Source: Thermodesulfobacteriota bacterium
GTDB lineage: Bacteria; Desulfobacterota_D; UBA1144; Nemesobacterales; JAJCZQ01
Reading direction: 5' to 3'
Assembly (NCBI GenBank): GCA_965215275.1
Contig: OZ244044.1
Coordinates: forward strand, 992,001-1,056,000
Length of the DNA: 64,000 nucleotides
Shown: positions 11,925-20,742 of the stretch, piece after piece
Position numbering within the stretch: position 1 is the first letter of the stretch
Layout: each line of letters begins with the position of its first letter
Translations under genes and position numbers: made by a program
The notes under the pieces: model-generated
Databases searched by the model: none
Seen by the model: only the letters and a program-made list of their open reading frames with translations
What the model was told of the DNA's origin: nothing

Positions 11925-12990
11925 TATAATAGATTTATTTGCAGGGGTTGGTGGGTTAAGTTATCCGTTTCATAGAAATGACAATTTTAAAGTCATTGCC
12001 GCAAATGAGATACTCAAAGAACCAGCGAAGGCTTACTTGATGAACAATCCTGAAACTCGGATGTATAACATGGATATATCTGAATTTTCAGTAAAGCAAG
12101 TTTTTAAAGATACAGGGGAGAACAGAGTTGATATTGTTTTAGGTGGGCCTCCGTGTCAATCATATTCCACAGCAGGTAAGCGAGATTTGAAAGATCCCCG
12201 TACAGAACTATTTAAAGAGTACTATCGGATTTTACAAGAGTGCCAACCTAAATTGTTTATTTTTGAAAATGTTAGTGGTATGTTGTCAATTAAAAAAGGT
12301 TCACTTTTTATTAAAATGTTATATATGTTTGAAAATATAGGATATACAGTCCAATATAAAATACTTAATGCCGTTGATTATGGAGTACCACAGGTAAGAA
12401 AACGAGTTATAGTAATTGGAACAAAAGACAATATACATTTTGAATTTCCTGAAACAACACACGGTGATGGAAAGATTCCTTTCTTAACAGTTTCAGATGC
12501 TATAAGTGATTTGCCGTTTATTAAAACAGGTGAAATAAGTAATAAATATGCTATGCATCCTCAGAATGAATATCAGAAACATATGAGAAAAGAAAGTAAT
12601 GGTTTATTATCAGATCATTCAGCTCCAAAAAACAATGAAAGATTGTTAAAGATAATGGAATTGTTGCCAGATGGAGGTACACCAAATGATCTACCTGAAA
12701 AACTTAGACCCACTTCAGGTTTTGATAATACATATAGTCGTCTCTGGTGGAATAGACCAAGTACTACTATAACAAGGAATTTAGGTACTCCGTCCTCAGC
12801 ACGATGTGTACATCCAAGAACTCCAAGACCATTAACAACACGGGAAGGAGCAAGATTACAATCATTTCCAGATAGTTTTAAATTTTATGGTTCACGAGGA
12901 AAAAAGAATTTACAAATCGGTGAAGCAGTTCCACCGATACTTTCAAAAGCATTATTAAACAATGTTTGTTATTCACTAAATATAAATTGA
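11911..12990 (+). CDS. DNA (cytosine-5)-methyltransferase
   Basis: DLFAGVGG, GGPPCQ, FENV, QVRKR, RLQSFPD, QIGEAVPP. Confidence 0.95.
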   Translation: MMQYNIIDLFAGVGGLSYPFHRNDNFKVIAANEILKEPAKAYLMNNPETRMYNMDISEFSVKQVFKDTGENRVDIVLGGPPCQSYSTAGKRDLKDPRTELFKEYYRILQECQPKLFIFENVSGMLSIKKGSLFIKMLYMFENIGYTVQYKILNAVDYGVPQVRKRVIVIGTKDNIHFEFPETTHGDGKIPFLTVSDAISDLPFIKTGEISNKYAMHPQNEYQKHMRKESNGLLSDHSAPKNNERLLKIMELLPDGGTPNDLPEKLRPTSGFDNTYSRLWWNRPSTTITRNLGTPSSARCVHPRTPRPLTTREGARLQSFPDSFKFYGSRGKKNLQIGEAVPPILSKALLNNVCYSLNIN

Positions 12991-13001
12991 TATAAACAAA
13001 A

Positions 13002-13157
13002 ATGACAGAGAAAAAGAGAAGTTATACAAGTAGATTTATACCGCATATACCAGCAACTATGGAAGAAGTAGCTGAAGCTATATTCAAACCTAACGCTGAA
13101 TTTGCTAAAAAACAAAGAGAAATTCGTAAAAATAAAAGCAAGAAAAAAACTAAATAA
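13002..13157 (+). CDS. Small basic 51-aa protein at the right end of the IS1595 element
   Basis: MTEKKRSYTSRFIPHIPATMEEVAEAIFKPNAEFAKKQREIRKNKSKKKTK; stop lies 5 bp before the right TIR. Confidence 0.5.
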   Translation: MTEKKRSYTSRFIPHIPATMEEVAEAIFKPNAEFAKKQREIRKNKSKKKTK

Positions 13158-13195
13158 TAACTTTGGCGAACAAAGTATATTATTCCCTTATTTTA

Positions 13196-14093
13196 TGTAA
13201 AATCAGAAAAAAGTAACTATACCTTCAACCATAATGATGTTAGAGTGCCTTATAAAAGAGGTAGCAAGTTAGATGGTAAAGGATGGGATACGGGTGTGAC
13301 ATATAGTAAAGAAGAAATAAATAAAGGGAAATTGGTAACAAATTGGTGGTCAGATATAACTCCAGTTCAAAGATTAATAAAAGAGATGATGGGTTATCCT
13401 ACACAAAAACCCGTTGCCTTGCTTAAACGCATAATAAAGGCATCCTCTAATAAGGGAGATATAGTATTAGATCCGTTTTGTGGGTGTGGTACTACAATAG
13501 ATGCAGCAAATGAGTTAAATAGGAACTGGCTAGGAATAGATATATCACCTTACGCTGTAGATTTAATATGTAAGCGTAGATTTGAACATCAGAAAATAGA
13601 TGTAAACGGTATACCAACGAGCATTGCAGGTGCAGAAAAACTGGCAAAGGATAAGCCGTTTGATTTTGAAAAGTGGGCGATCACTCGTATTTCTGGAATG
13701 TTACCAAACAACAAACAACGTGGAGATGGTGGAGTGGATGGACGAGGAACTATTTATCATCCTATACAAGGATCAAAAGGATTAGTATTGGCACAAGTTA
13801 AAGGTGGTCATTTTAGTTTGAGTCAACTACGAGATTTTTTACATACGGTAGACAGAGAGAAAGCAACATTTGGTGTTTTTATTACATTGAAGAATGATGG
13901 AATATCTGACAATGCTAAAGTGGAAGTACAAAAAGCTGGGAAAATAAAAATTGGAGCAAATAGTTATAATAAAGTGCAGATATGGTCTATTGAAGATTAT
14001 TTTGATGATAAAAAAGCTGACCTACCTTCATTAGCCGATCCATTTACAGGCACCGCTATGAAACAATCTCTTTTTAAGCAACATATTTTATAA
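13196..14093 (+). pseudogene. 3' part of the interrupted methyltransferase / Mrr-like endonuclease fusion
   Basis: Removing the IS plus one TSD gives in-frame ...RKTDTILFYVKSEKSNYTFN...; YPTQKP, LDPFCGCGTT, DGGVDG...QVK. Confidence 0.88.
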
Positions 14094-14400
14094 TGACAAC
14101 ACAAAAAGATAAAAACAGAAAAAATTGATTATGACCCTGTAAGTGAAGAATAATTTACAGAGTTCGCAAAGCAAGTGTTATTGATGAAAAGTTATCCCCA
14201 TACCTACCCATATTAAATTTTTAGAATTACCCATCATATTAAATATTCTTTAAAACAATAATTATAAATAACCCTACTACAGTAACAACAGTTAAATATT
14301 TTAATAAGTTAACTCGTAATTTAAGTTTTTTAATCTCTTCTTCTAAAAACTTTAAATCACTATTTAAATCCTTTTTATCTTTATTCATCATCTTACTATT

Positions 14401-14427
14401 AAAACTCCTGATAACTGTTATAGATTT
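14401..14427. repeat. 27-bp intergenic motif, copy 2 of 4 (others at about 9206-9232, 14811-14837, 15519-15545)
   Basis: Consensus ARAACTCCYGANAACTGTTATAGATTT, each copy directly downstream of a HicB-like gene end. Confidence 0.7.
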
Positions 14428-14786
14428 TAAACTCTAACCTCCCTACCTAATACGAAACTATGGATAATTCCATTATTATATTTTTTAGTATCTTGAATAA
14501 GATCATCTATAACCTCTTTAAATTTTTTCAACATAGCATCAAAACTTTCATAAAAAGTCTCATTCTCATCATAATAGTCATCAACATTTAATGCAGGACA
14601 ACATACCTGATCGATACCAGGTTCATTAATACCTGTAAAATAATAGATATCATGACCTTTATGAGTTTCCAGATACTCAATATTTCTCATAAAGTCATTC
14701 CGATCTCCGAATATATTTTTCCTTTCAGACATATCATATCTGCTTTTAATAATCTTTTGTATTTTTGTCATTTTTCTATTCCTCAT
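14427..14786 (-). CDS. HicB-like antitoxin-fold protein
   Basis: Paralogous to the C-terminal domain of 14845..15483 (QVCCPALNV versus QAACPELNV). Confidence 0.55.
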   Translation of the reverse strand: MRNRKMTKIQKIIKSRYDMSERKNIFGDRNDFMRNIEYLETHKGHDIYYFTGINEPGIDQVCCPALNVDDYYDENETFYESFDAMLKKFKEVIDDLIQDTKKYNNGIIHSFVLGREVRV

Positions 14787-14844
14787 GGATTAATTTCTCA
14801 TCTCACGATCAGAACTCCCGAGAAGTGTTATAAATTTGAGTTTA

Positions 14845-15483
14845 TTAAACATAAAAATGTTTATCTAATACAAGACTCCAAATTTTTCCATCACTTATTC
14901 TTCTAGAACTGTCAATAACAAGATCCATACCACTTTTAAGATTTTCTATTATCAAACCTTCATCATCATTAAACTCACCTATCTGATCTGAGCTATGAAC
15001 ATTTAATTCAGGACAGGCAGCTTGAAGGTAATCTTTTCCTTTATCATTAAAGATAAACATAGTAAATCCTCTATATTCACCTACATATTTTATATTTTCC
15101 ATAAAATCTAATCTATCTTTAAATACCTTATTACCATCATATCTTTCATTCATTTTTTCTATTTTTGACATTCTTCTATATCTCCTTATTTCATCCAATT
15201 TATATTTCACATTCTTAGATTTATCCATTTCTTTTATATCTTTAATAGCTTTTTTTAAATCTTGTTTATGATAATTATCACAATCTCTATTTGCATGATA
15301 AGCAATTTCAACAAATATATCAGGATATCTATAATAACAATATCTAATATGAGAATCTTTACCTGTTTCTTCTATATTAAAACCTAACTTTTTAACTTTA
15401 CGAATAAAGTTACGAATCTTCATAACACCTTTACCGGTCAATTGAGCAATTAACCTCTCATAAATATAATTTCTATCATCCAT
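14845..15483 (-). CDS. HicA-like toxin domain fused to a HicB-like domain
   Basis: N-terminal KIRNFIRKVKKLGF...GKDSH...VEIAYH fits a HicA pattern; C-terminal YLQAACPELN fits a HicB pattern; AAGGAG RBS. Confidence 0.6.
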   Translation of the reverse strand: MDDRNYIYERLIAQLTGKGVMKIRNFIRKVKKLGFNIEETGKDSHIRYCYYRYPDIFVEIAYHANRDCDNYHKQDLKKAIKDIKEMDKSKNVKYKLDEIRRYRRMSKIEKMNERYDGNKVFKDRLDFMENIKYVGEYRGFTMFIFNDKGKDYLQAACPELNVHSSDQIGEFNDDEGLIIENLKSGMDLVIDSSRRISDGKIWSLVLDKHFYV

Positions 15484-15560
15484 AGTTATACTCCTTATTT
15501 ATTTGTCATTTCACTATTAGAACTCCCGAGAACTGTTATAGATTTGATTATTTTTAATTA

Positions 15561-15770
15561 TTAAACTCTAATTTCTTTACCTGATACAAAACTCCAAACT
15601 TTTCCATCACTTATTCTTATAGAACTGTCGATAACAAGACCCATACCACTTGTAAGATTTTCTATTAGCAAATATTCATCATCATTGAATTCACCGATTT
15701 GATGTAACCTGCGAGTATTTAATTCAGAACAGGCAGCTTGAAAATAATCTTTTCCTTTATTATTAAAAAC
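15561..15770 (-). pseudogene. Truncated 3' half of a HicB-like domain
   Basis: FNNKGKDYFQAACSELN...GKVWSFVSGKEIRV is near-identical to the C-terminus of 14845..15483; 5' part replaced by the S8 gene promoter. Confidence 0.75.
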
Positions 15771-15788
15771 AGAGAAAGAAGTCCACAC

Positions 15789-15818
15789 TTGACATTCGTT
15801 CATAATACTTGGTAAAAT
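15789..15818 (+). promoter_or_regulatory. Sigma70-like promoter shared by the three S8 paralogs
   Basis: TTGACA-ttcgttcataatacttgg-TAAAAT, 9 nt before ATG 15828; the same ACACTTGACATTCGTTCATAATA block occurs at about 32153 and 36785. Confidence 0.7.
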
Positions 15819-15919
15819 AAAAGAGTTATGAAAAATCCAAACATAAAAACATGTAGTTCCATTACCCCCCCCCGTGTATACCTGACCTTTCAGCCTGGTA
15901 TAAGTGTTTTTTAAGAACA

Positions 15920-18900
15920 ATGTTTAAGATAATCCCCCCCCCATCTAAGTTAATCCTTTCTTTATTCTTATTTTTTCTGTGCATCATTACTATAGCTGCA
16001 AAAGGGCAGAGCAGCTTAGAAGAAACATTATCTGAATGCAGAGATATCAGTGCAGACACGGAAGATCCGTTATACGGATGTCAGTGGCATCTGAAGAACA
16101 CGGGGCAGCTTATTTATTCAGGAAAGAGAATAACATCAGGAGAAGATATAAACGTAGAGGGAGTGTGGAACGAAGACGTATACGGTACCGGAATTAACAT
16201 AGCAATAGTAAGTGACGGTATCGACCTTTCACATGAGGACCTTTCTGCTAAGGTCCGTTCCGGACCGAACTATGATCTTTCTGAAAGAAATAATTCTGAA
16301 GAGAACAGTTCAGAAAAAGATAATTCAGAAAGAGATGATCTTTCATACGGTTCATCCTTTAGTGGAACACGAGCGGCAGGTGTAATAGCAGCAACTGGAT
16401 ATAACGGACTGGGAGTAAGAGGAACAGCACCTGGTGCGAGTATATACAGTTACGGGTTAACTGGTGATCTCAGGGAAGCGGACGCGGTGGTCCGTAATAA
16501 GGAAATAACGGCAGTATCGGTTAACGGCCGGGGATCTGAGGACGGAGCTTTTTTTCAGGAGGCTTTATCTTCCTGGGAAGAAGGAGTGGAACTTGGTATA
16601 AGTAAAGGGTTTTATGGTAAAGGAGTGTTTTACGTCCGGGGAGCAGGGGACGGTCATGAGAATAACGATCAGGCTAATTTTTCTGAACATTCTAATTACT
16701 ACGGCGTAACTGCCGTTTGTTCAACTGACGGTTATGGAAAGAAGAGTATATTTTCAGAAGAGGGAGTAAATCTATGGGTATGTGCACCTGGTTCTGATAT
16801 TGTAACTACAGATAACAACAACGATTACGTTGTAACTTCCGGAACATTTCTATCAGCTTCACAGGTTGCAGGAGTGGCAGCACTGCTGAGAGAGATAAAC
16901 GGGCAGCTGAGCTGGAGGGATATAAAGCTTATACTTGCGGGTTCAGCACGGCAGAACGATTTTTTTGACATGAGCTGGGAGACAGGAGCTGTTAAATACG
17001 GTTCTGATACGGAAAGATATAAATATAATCCTAAGTATGGTTTTGGCGTGGTAGACGCAGAAGCAGCGGCAGAGCTTGCCAGAAGCTGGAAAGGCGTTGG
17101 TGAAATGAGGACCGTTACAGCTTCTTCAGATAATGAACTGACAATTCCTGATGGAGAAGGAGAAGCAGACGGTGTCCTTGTCTCCAGACTTATTATCCCT
17201 GACCTGGAAGAAATATTTACGGAATTCGTAGAGGTTGAACTTGTTTTTTCTCATGACCGCTTACAGGACCTCAATATACAGATAACCTCTCCTTCCGGGA
17301 CAGTATCGGAACTTGTCCGGGAGTTTTCAGGGGAGGAAGAAGATGCTGATATCAGTTACCTGAGAAGAACACATCGTTTCGGGTCGGCTAAGCACCTCGG
17401 AGAATACCCTTCCGGAGAATGGGTCCTTCATATATATGATACTGCTTCCGGAGATGGAGAAGCAGAAAATTCAGAAAATACGGGGACCTTGCACTCATGG
17501 AGCATCAGGGTCTACGGGCATGTTTTTTTATCAGACCGTGGCAAGGAGATAACTACTAAAATAACAACCTTGCCACCTATTAGTGACAAGGTCTACGAAC
17601 AAGGTAGACTAGTAAGTGAAGTGATGCCTGAAGCAACGGGAGGAACTACACCTAGATTTGCCTTTACTCACCCTCTACCTGATGGATTGGAATTTGATCG
17701 TGATACCAGAGTGTTAAGTGGGGTACCAACTACTGTGGGTGTGACTAGTGTTAGATATCTTGCTCAAGGTGCAGATAATTTTCAATCCGTAAAGACCTTC
17801 ACTATAACTATAACAGCTTACACTGGACCAAGCTTCGGCAGTGAGAGTATAGAAGATAAAGTATATATAAACGGAGAAGCAGTAAATGAAACACTGCCTG
17901 AAGCAACATCAGGGAATGCTCCATTAACTTACAGCTTAACTAATACTGGGTTAACTACTTTGACTTTACATCGTGGATTGGATTATACAGACAGAGTTAT
18001 AAGTGGAACACTCAATATCAATATTCCAGAAATACTTCCTCACACTTGGAGTTATACATATAAAGTAACAGACAATGATGGAGATACGGATGAGTTAACG
18101 TTCAGTATCACGGTAAGGGATGCAACTGACGTACCTACCTTCAGTGGTGAGACGATAGATGATCAGGAGTATACAGCAGGGGTTCAGATAACACCGGTAA
18201 CGCTGCCTGAGGCAACATCAGGAGATGCTCCGTTAATATACCGTTTAACCCCTGCCTTGCCTGATGGATTGATCTATAACAATATCACCGGAGTTATAAG
18301 CGGAACACCGACTGCTGCAATGTCTGAGACTATGTATACATATACAGTAACGGATAATGATGGAGATACGGATGAGCTGACGTTTAATATTGAGGTAGCA
18401 GCAAGCTTCAGCAACGTAACGATAGAAGATAAGGTTTATATAGCAGGTACAGCAGTAACGGAAATGCTGCCAGAGGCAACTGGACATAATGGAACGGTAA
18501 CATACAGTTTAACCCCATCATTACCAACTGGACTGGACTTTAATACGGCTACCCGGGAGATAAGTGGAACACCTGCTGCTGCAACGTCTCAGACTGCTTA
18601 TACATATACCGTTACTACTGGTGCAGGAGGACCTGCACGAACTTTGACGTTCAGGATAACAGTAGAAGAAGACAGCATGCCGGACTTCAGCGGTGTGACA
18701 ATTCCTGATCGTGTTTACACGGGGAGAACAATAACGCTGCCGGAGGCAACGGGAGGGAATCCACCAGTTACTTACAGTATAACACCTGATCTGCCAGCTG
18801 GATTGAGTTTTAACGAAGTAACGCGGGTTATAAGTGGTACACCCAGGAGAGCATCGACAGGTACTTACACGTATAGTGTAACGGACGGAAATGGAGATAC

Positions 18901-19129
18901 GGATGAGGTGAGTTTCATGCTCAGTGTAGAGGTTCCTTCTACTCCAGGACCAACACCACCACAAGGACCAAGAACGTCAGGTAGTGATTCAGGCGGAGGT
19001 GGAGGAGGATGTGCTGTCTCAGATCAGAGCAGCGTTGTTTCTGATATTCTTGGAGTAATGGCATGTCTGATACTTATACCTGTGTCAGTAGTGATAAGAA
19101 GGAAGAGAAGATCTCAGATAAAGAATTAG
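15920..19129 (+). CDS. S8/kexin-like pseudo-protease + P domain + He_PIG/Ig-like repeats + C-terminal anchor (paralog 1); possible true start at 15828, out of frame at a C9 tract
   Basis: DPLYGCQWHL, LSWRDIK, YGFGVVDA, P-domain GEWVL, repeated LPEAT..G..YSL.P.LP.GL.F...ISGTP, GGGGGC + TM + RRKRR. Confidence 0.85.
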   Translation: MFKIIPPPSKLILSLFLFFLCIITIAAKGQSSLEETLSECRDISADTEDPLYGCQWHLKNTGQLIYSGKRITSGEDINVEGVWNEDVYGTGINIAIVSDGIDLSHEDLSAKVRSGPNYDLSERNNSEENSSEKDNSERDDLSYGSSFSGTRAAGVIAATGYNGLGVRGTAPGASIYSYGLTGDLREADAVVRNKEITAVSVNGRGSEDGAFFQEALSSWEEGVELGISKGFYGKGVFYVRGAGDGHENNDQANFSEHSNYYGVTAVCSTDGYGKKSIFSEEGVNLWVCAPGSDIVTTDNNNDYVVTSGTFLSASQVAGVAALLREINGQLSWRDIKLILAGSARQNDFFDMSWETGAVKYGSDTERYKYNPKYGFGVVDAEAAAELARSWKGVGEMRTVTASSDNELTIPDGEGEADGVLVSRLIIPDLEEIFTEFVEVELVFSHDRLQDLNIQITSPSGTVSELVREFSGEEEDADISYLRRTHRFGSAKHLGEYPSGEWVLHIYDTASGDGEAENSENTGTLHSWSIRVYGHVFLSDRGKEITTKITTLPPISDKVYEQGRLVSEVMPEATGGTTPRFAFTHPLPDGLEFDRDTRVLSGVPTTVGVTSVRYLAQGADNFQSVKTFTITITAYTGPSFGSESIEDKVYINGEAVNETLPEATSGNAPLTYSLTNTGLTTLTLHRGLDYTDRVISGTLNINIPEILPHTWSYTYKVTDNDGDTDELTFSITVRDATDVPTFSGETIDDQEYTAGVQITPVTLPEATSGDAPLIYRLTPALPDGLIYNNITGVISGTPTAAMSETMYTYTVTDNDGDTDELTFNIEVAASFSNVTIEDKVYIAGTAVTEMLPEATGHNGTVTYSLTPSLPTGLDFNTATREISGTPAAATSQTAYTYTVTTGAGGPARTLTFRITVEEDSMPDFSGVTIPDRVYTGRTITLPEATGGNPPVTYSITPDLPAGLSFNEVTRVISGTPRRASTGTYTYSVTDGNGDTDEVSFMLSVEVPSTPGPTPPQGPRTSGSDSGGGGGGCAVSDQSSVVSDILGVMACLILIPVSVVIRRKRRSQIKN
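16280..16339 (+). repeat. Four degenerate 15-bp tandem repeats (SERNN/SEENS/SEKDN/SERDD)
   Basis: tctgaaagaaataat tctgaagagaacagt tcagaaaaagataat tcagaaagagatgat; absent from paralog 3. Confidence 0.7.
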
Positions 19130-19348
19130 CAATGCGGTACTTTCCAAAACACTGAACAAATTAAAATCTCTCAGTCAGAATAAAGGAATAATAGTGGAAA
19201 GACTAAATATAGACCTATCTGCAGATGGAGACATTTATGGTATTGATGCCTGTTTTTTTAATCTCGGACCAAAGTATATAATGTCATAAAAAAGTGTCTT
19301 ATACCTAGTATGTTCAAGTAAATATTTCCGGAAAAAACAGCAAGACAG

Positions 19349-19711
19349 CTAAATGCTGGATTTATTCTCTATTTTCTCATCTTCTTCCTTGCAGACAATA
19401 CACAGATTAGCTTCAGGCCTTGCTTTTAACCTCTCTTCTCCAATTTCCTCTTCACATTTTTCGCAGGTCCCGTAAGAACCACTTTCTATTCTCTGCAAGG
19501 CGTCCTGGATCTTGTGAATGAACTTCCTTTCCCTGTCGCGCTTTCTAAGCTCTATGGACTTGTTAAACTCGGAAAGTGCCCTGTCAATGGGATCGGGGAA
19601 CAAGATATCACTATTGCTGAGCTTGTTCAGAGACTCCTCCGCAACGCCAAGCAAGTTGGCAAGTTTACGGATTAAGACCTCTCTGTAGACTTGAAGTTCT
19701 TTCTGCTCCAT
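19349..19711 (-). CDS. dksA: RNA polymerase-binding protein DksA (C4 zinc finger)
   Basis: DPIDRA coiled-coil tip, YGTCEKC...RLKARP...CIVC. Confidence 0.85.
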   Translation of the reverse strand: MEQKELQVYREVLIRKLANLLGVAEESLNKLSNSDILFPDPIDRALSEFNKSIELRKRDRERKFIHKIQDALQRIESGSYGTCEKCEEEIGEERLKARPEANLCIVCKEEDEKIENKSSI

Positions 19712-19859
19712 CGTTACTCCGCAAAACTCATAATCGCTTTATTAAAATAACAAAAACAGCAAAAAAAGAAAGTTATACATATAAACTCAATTCAGTCAGC
19801 AGCATAATTAAAACCCGACCTGCTTTCGTACAATTATCATCAGTTATTATTAAACCCTT

Positions 19860-20726
19860 ATGATGAAACTGATAAGAATCCATTTAACCGTTCCATCTGA
19901 GATCAGAGATCTGGCGTCGGATTTCCTTCTCGGACTTGGAGCTGTATCAACTTCCGAAGACGGCACTGGGACAGAGGTCTTGATATCAGCACTTTTTCCT
20001 GTTGACGCGGACATGCAGACCATAATCCACAGATTTAAGAATTATCTGGAATTCTTAAAAAAAGACTTTCTGGACTTTGACCCTGGAGAGATAAATATCG
20101 AGCACGTCAACCGCTCGAACTGGGAGGCATGGAAAAAAAGATTAAACAAGATAAAAGTCGGTAACGTTTGCATTGTGCCGCCATGGGACATGGACGGACA
20201 AGACGACAGTAAGCTGCTGGTCGTGATCAATCCCTCAATGGCATTTGGCACCGGGCATCATGAAACCACAAAGCTCTGCATTAAATATATAGAAAGCCTG
20301 ATCGGCAATAAAAACCTGGATACGCTCCTGGACGTTGGATGCGGAAGTGCCATCTTATCGATCGTAGCTGTAAAATCAGGAATAAAGAAAGCGGTATGTT
20401 TTGATATCGACCCCGTGGCAATAAAAGAAGCCAGGGAGAACTTAGTGAGAAATAAAGTGAAAAACAGTGTAATCTCTTTCTGTGGATCAATTCAGAGCAT
20501 AAGAGGAACATACGACATTATAGCTGCAAATATAACGCTGGGGACATTACTGTCAATGAGGAACGAGTTCAAGGCCAGACTTTCATCTCGTGGGGTTTTA
20601 ATACTGTCCGGTATTATGGTTACACAAAAAAGACAGCTGATAAACGGATTCATCGACGCGGGGTTCAAACAAGTGGAAGAAAGAACTGATGGAGAATGGG
20701 CTGGGGTGACGTTTACAGCAGCATAG
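19860..20726 (+). CDS. prmA: Ribosomal protein L11 methyltransferase
   Basis: INPSMAFGTGHHETT, LDVGCGSAIL, ANI, LILSGI. Confidence 0.93.
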   Translation: MMKLIRIHLTVPSEIRDLASDFLLGLGAVSTSEDGTGTEVLISALFPVDADMQTIIHRFKNYLEFLKKDFLDFDPGEINIEHVNRSNWEAWKKRLNKIKVGNVCIVPPWDMDGQDDSKLLVVINPSMAFGTGHHETTKLCIKYIESLIGNKNLDTLLDVGCGSAILSIVAVKSGIKKAVCFDIDPVAIKEARENLVRNKVKNSVISFCGSIQSIRGTYDIIAANITLGTLLSMRNEFKARLSSRGVLILSGIMVTQKRQLINGFIDAGFKQVEERTDGEWAGVTFTAA

Positions 20727-20742
20727 GCAGGGAAAACGTATT

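Larger units (their letters stand above)
10026..13187. mobile_element. IS1595-family element with passenger Type II R-M genes (transporter IS)
   Basis: Perfect 25-bp TIR GGGAATAATATACTTTGTTCGCCAA (10026-10050 / 13163-13187); 8-bp TSD TTATTTTA (10018-10025 / 13188-13195); transposase inside. Confidence 0.95.

Noticed and set aside
11911..12990. Assigning a recognition sequence to the C5 methyltransferase
   Set aside because: Cannot be determined by eye; needs REBASE comparison or methylome data.
9206..15545. 27-bp motif as a CRISPR repeat or integron attC site
   Set aside because: Spacing is hundreds to thousands of bp, there is no cas gene or integrase, and no attC-like long imperfect palindrome.
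15561..15920. 119-aa minus-strand ORF as an intact gene
   Set aside because: Chimeric: only 15561-15770 matches the HicB-like paralog, and the rest is antisense to the S8 promoter/leader.
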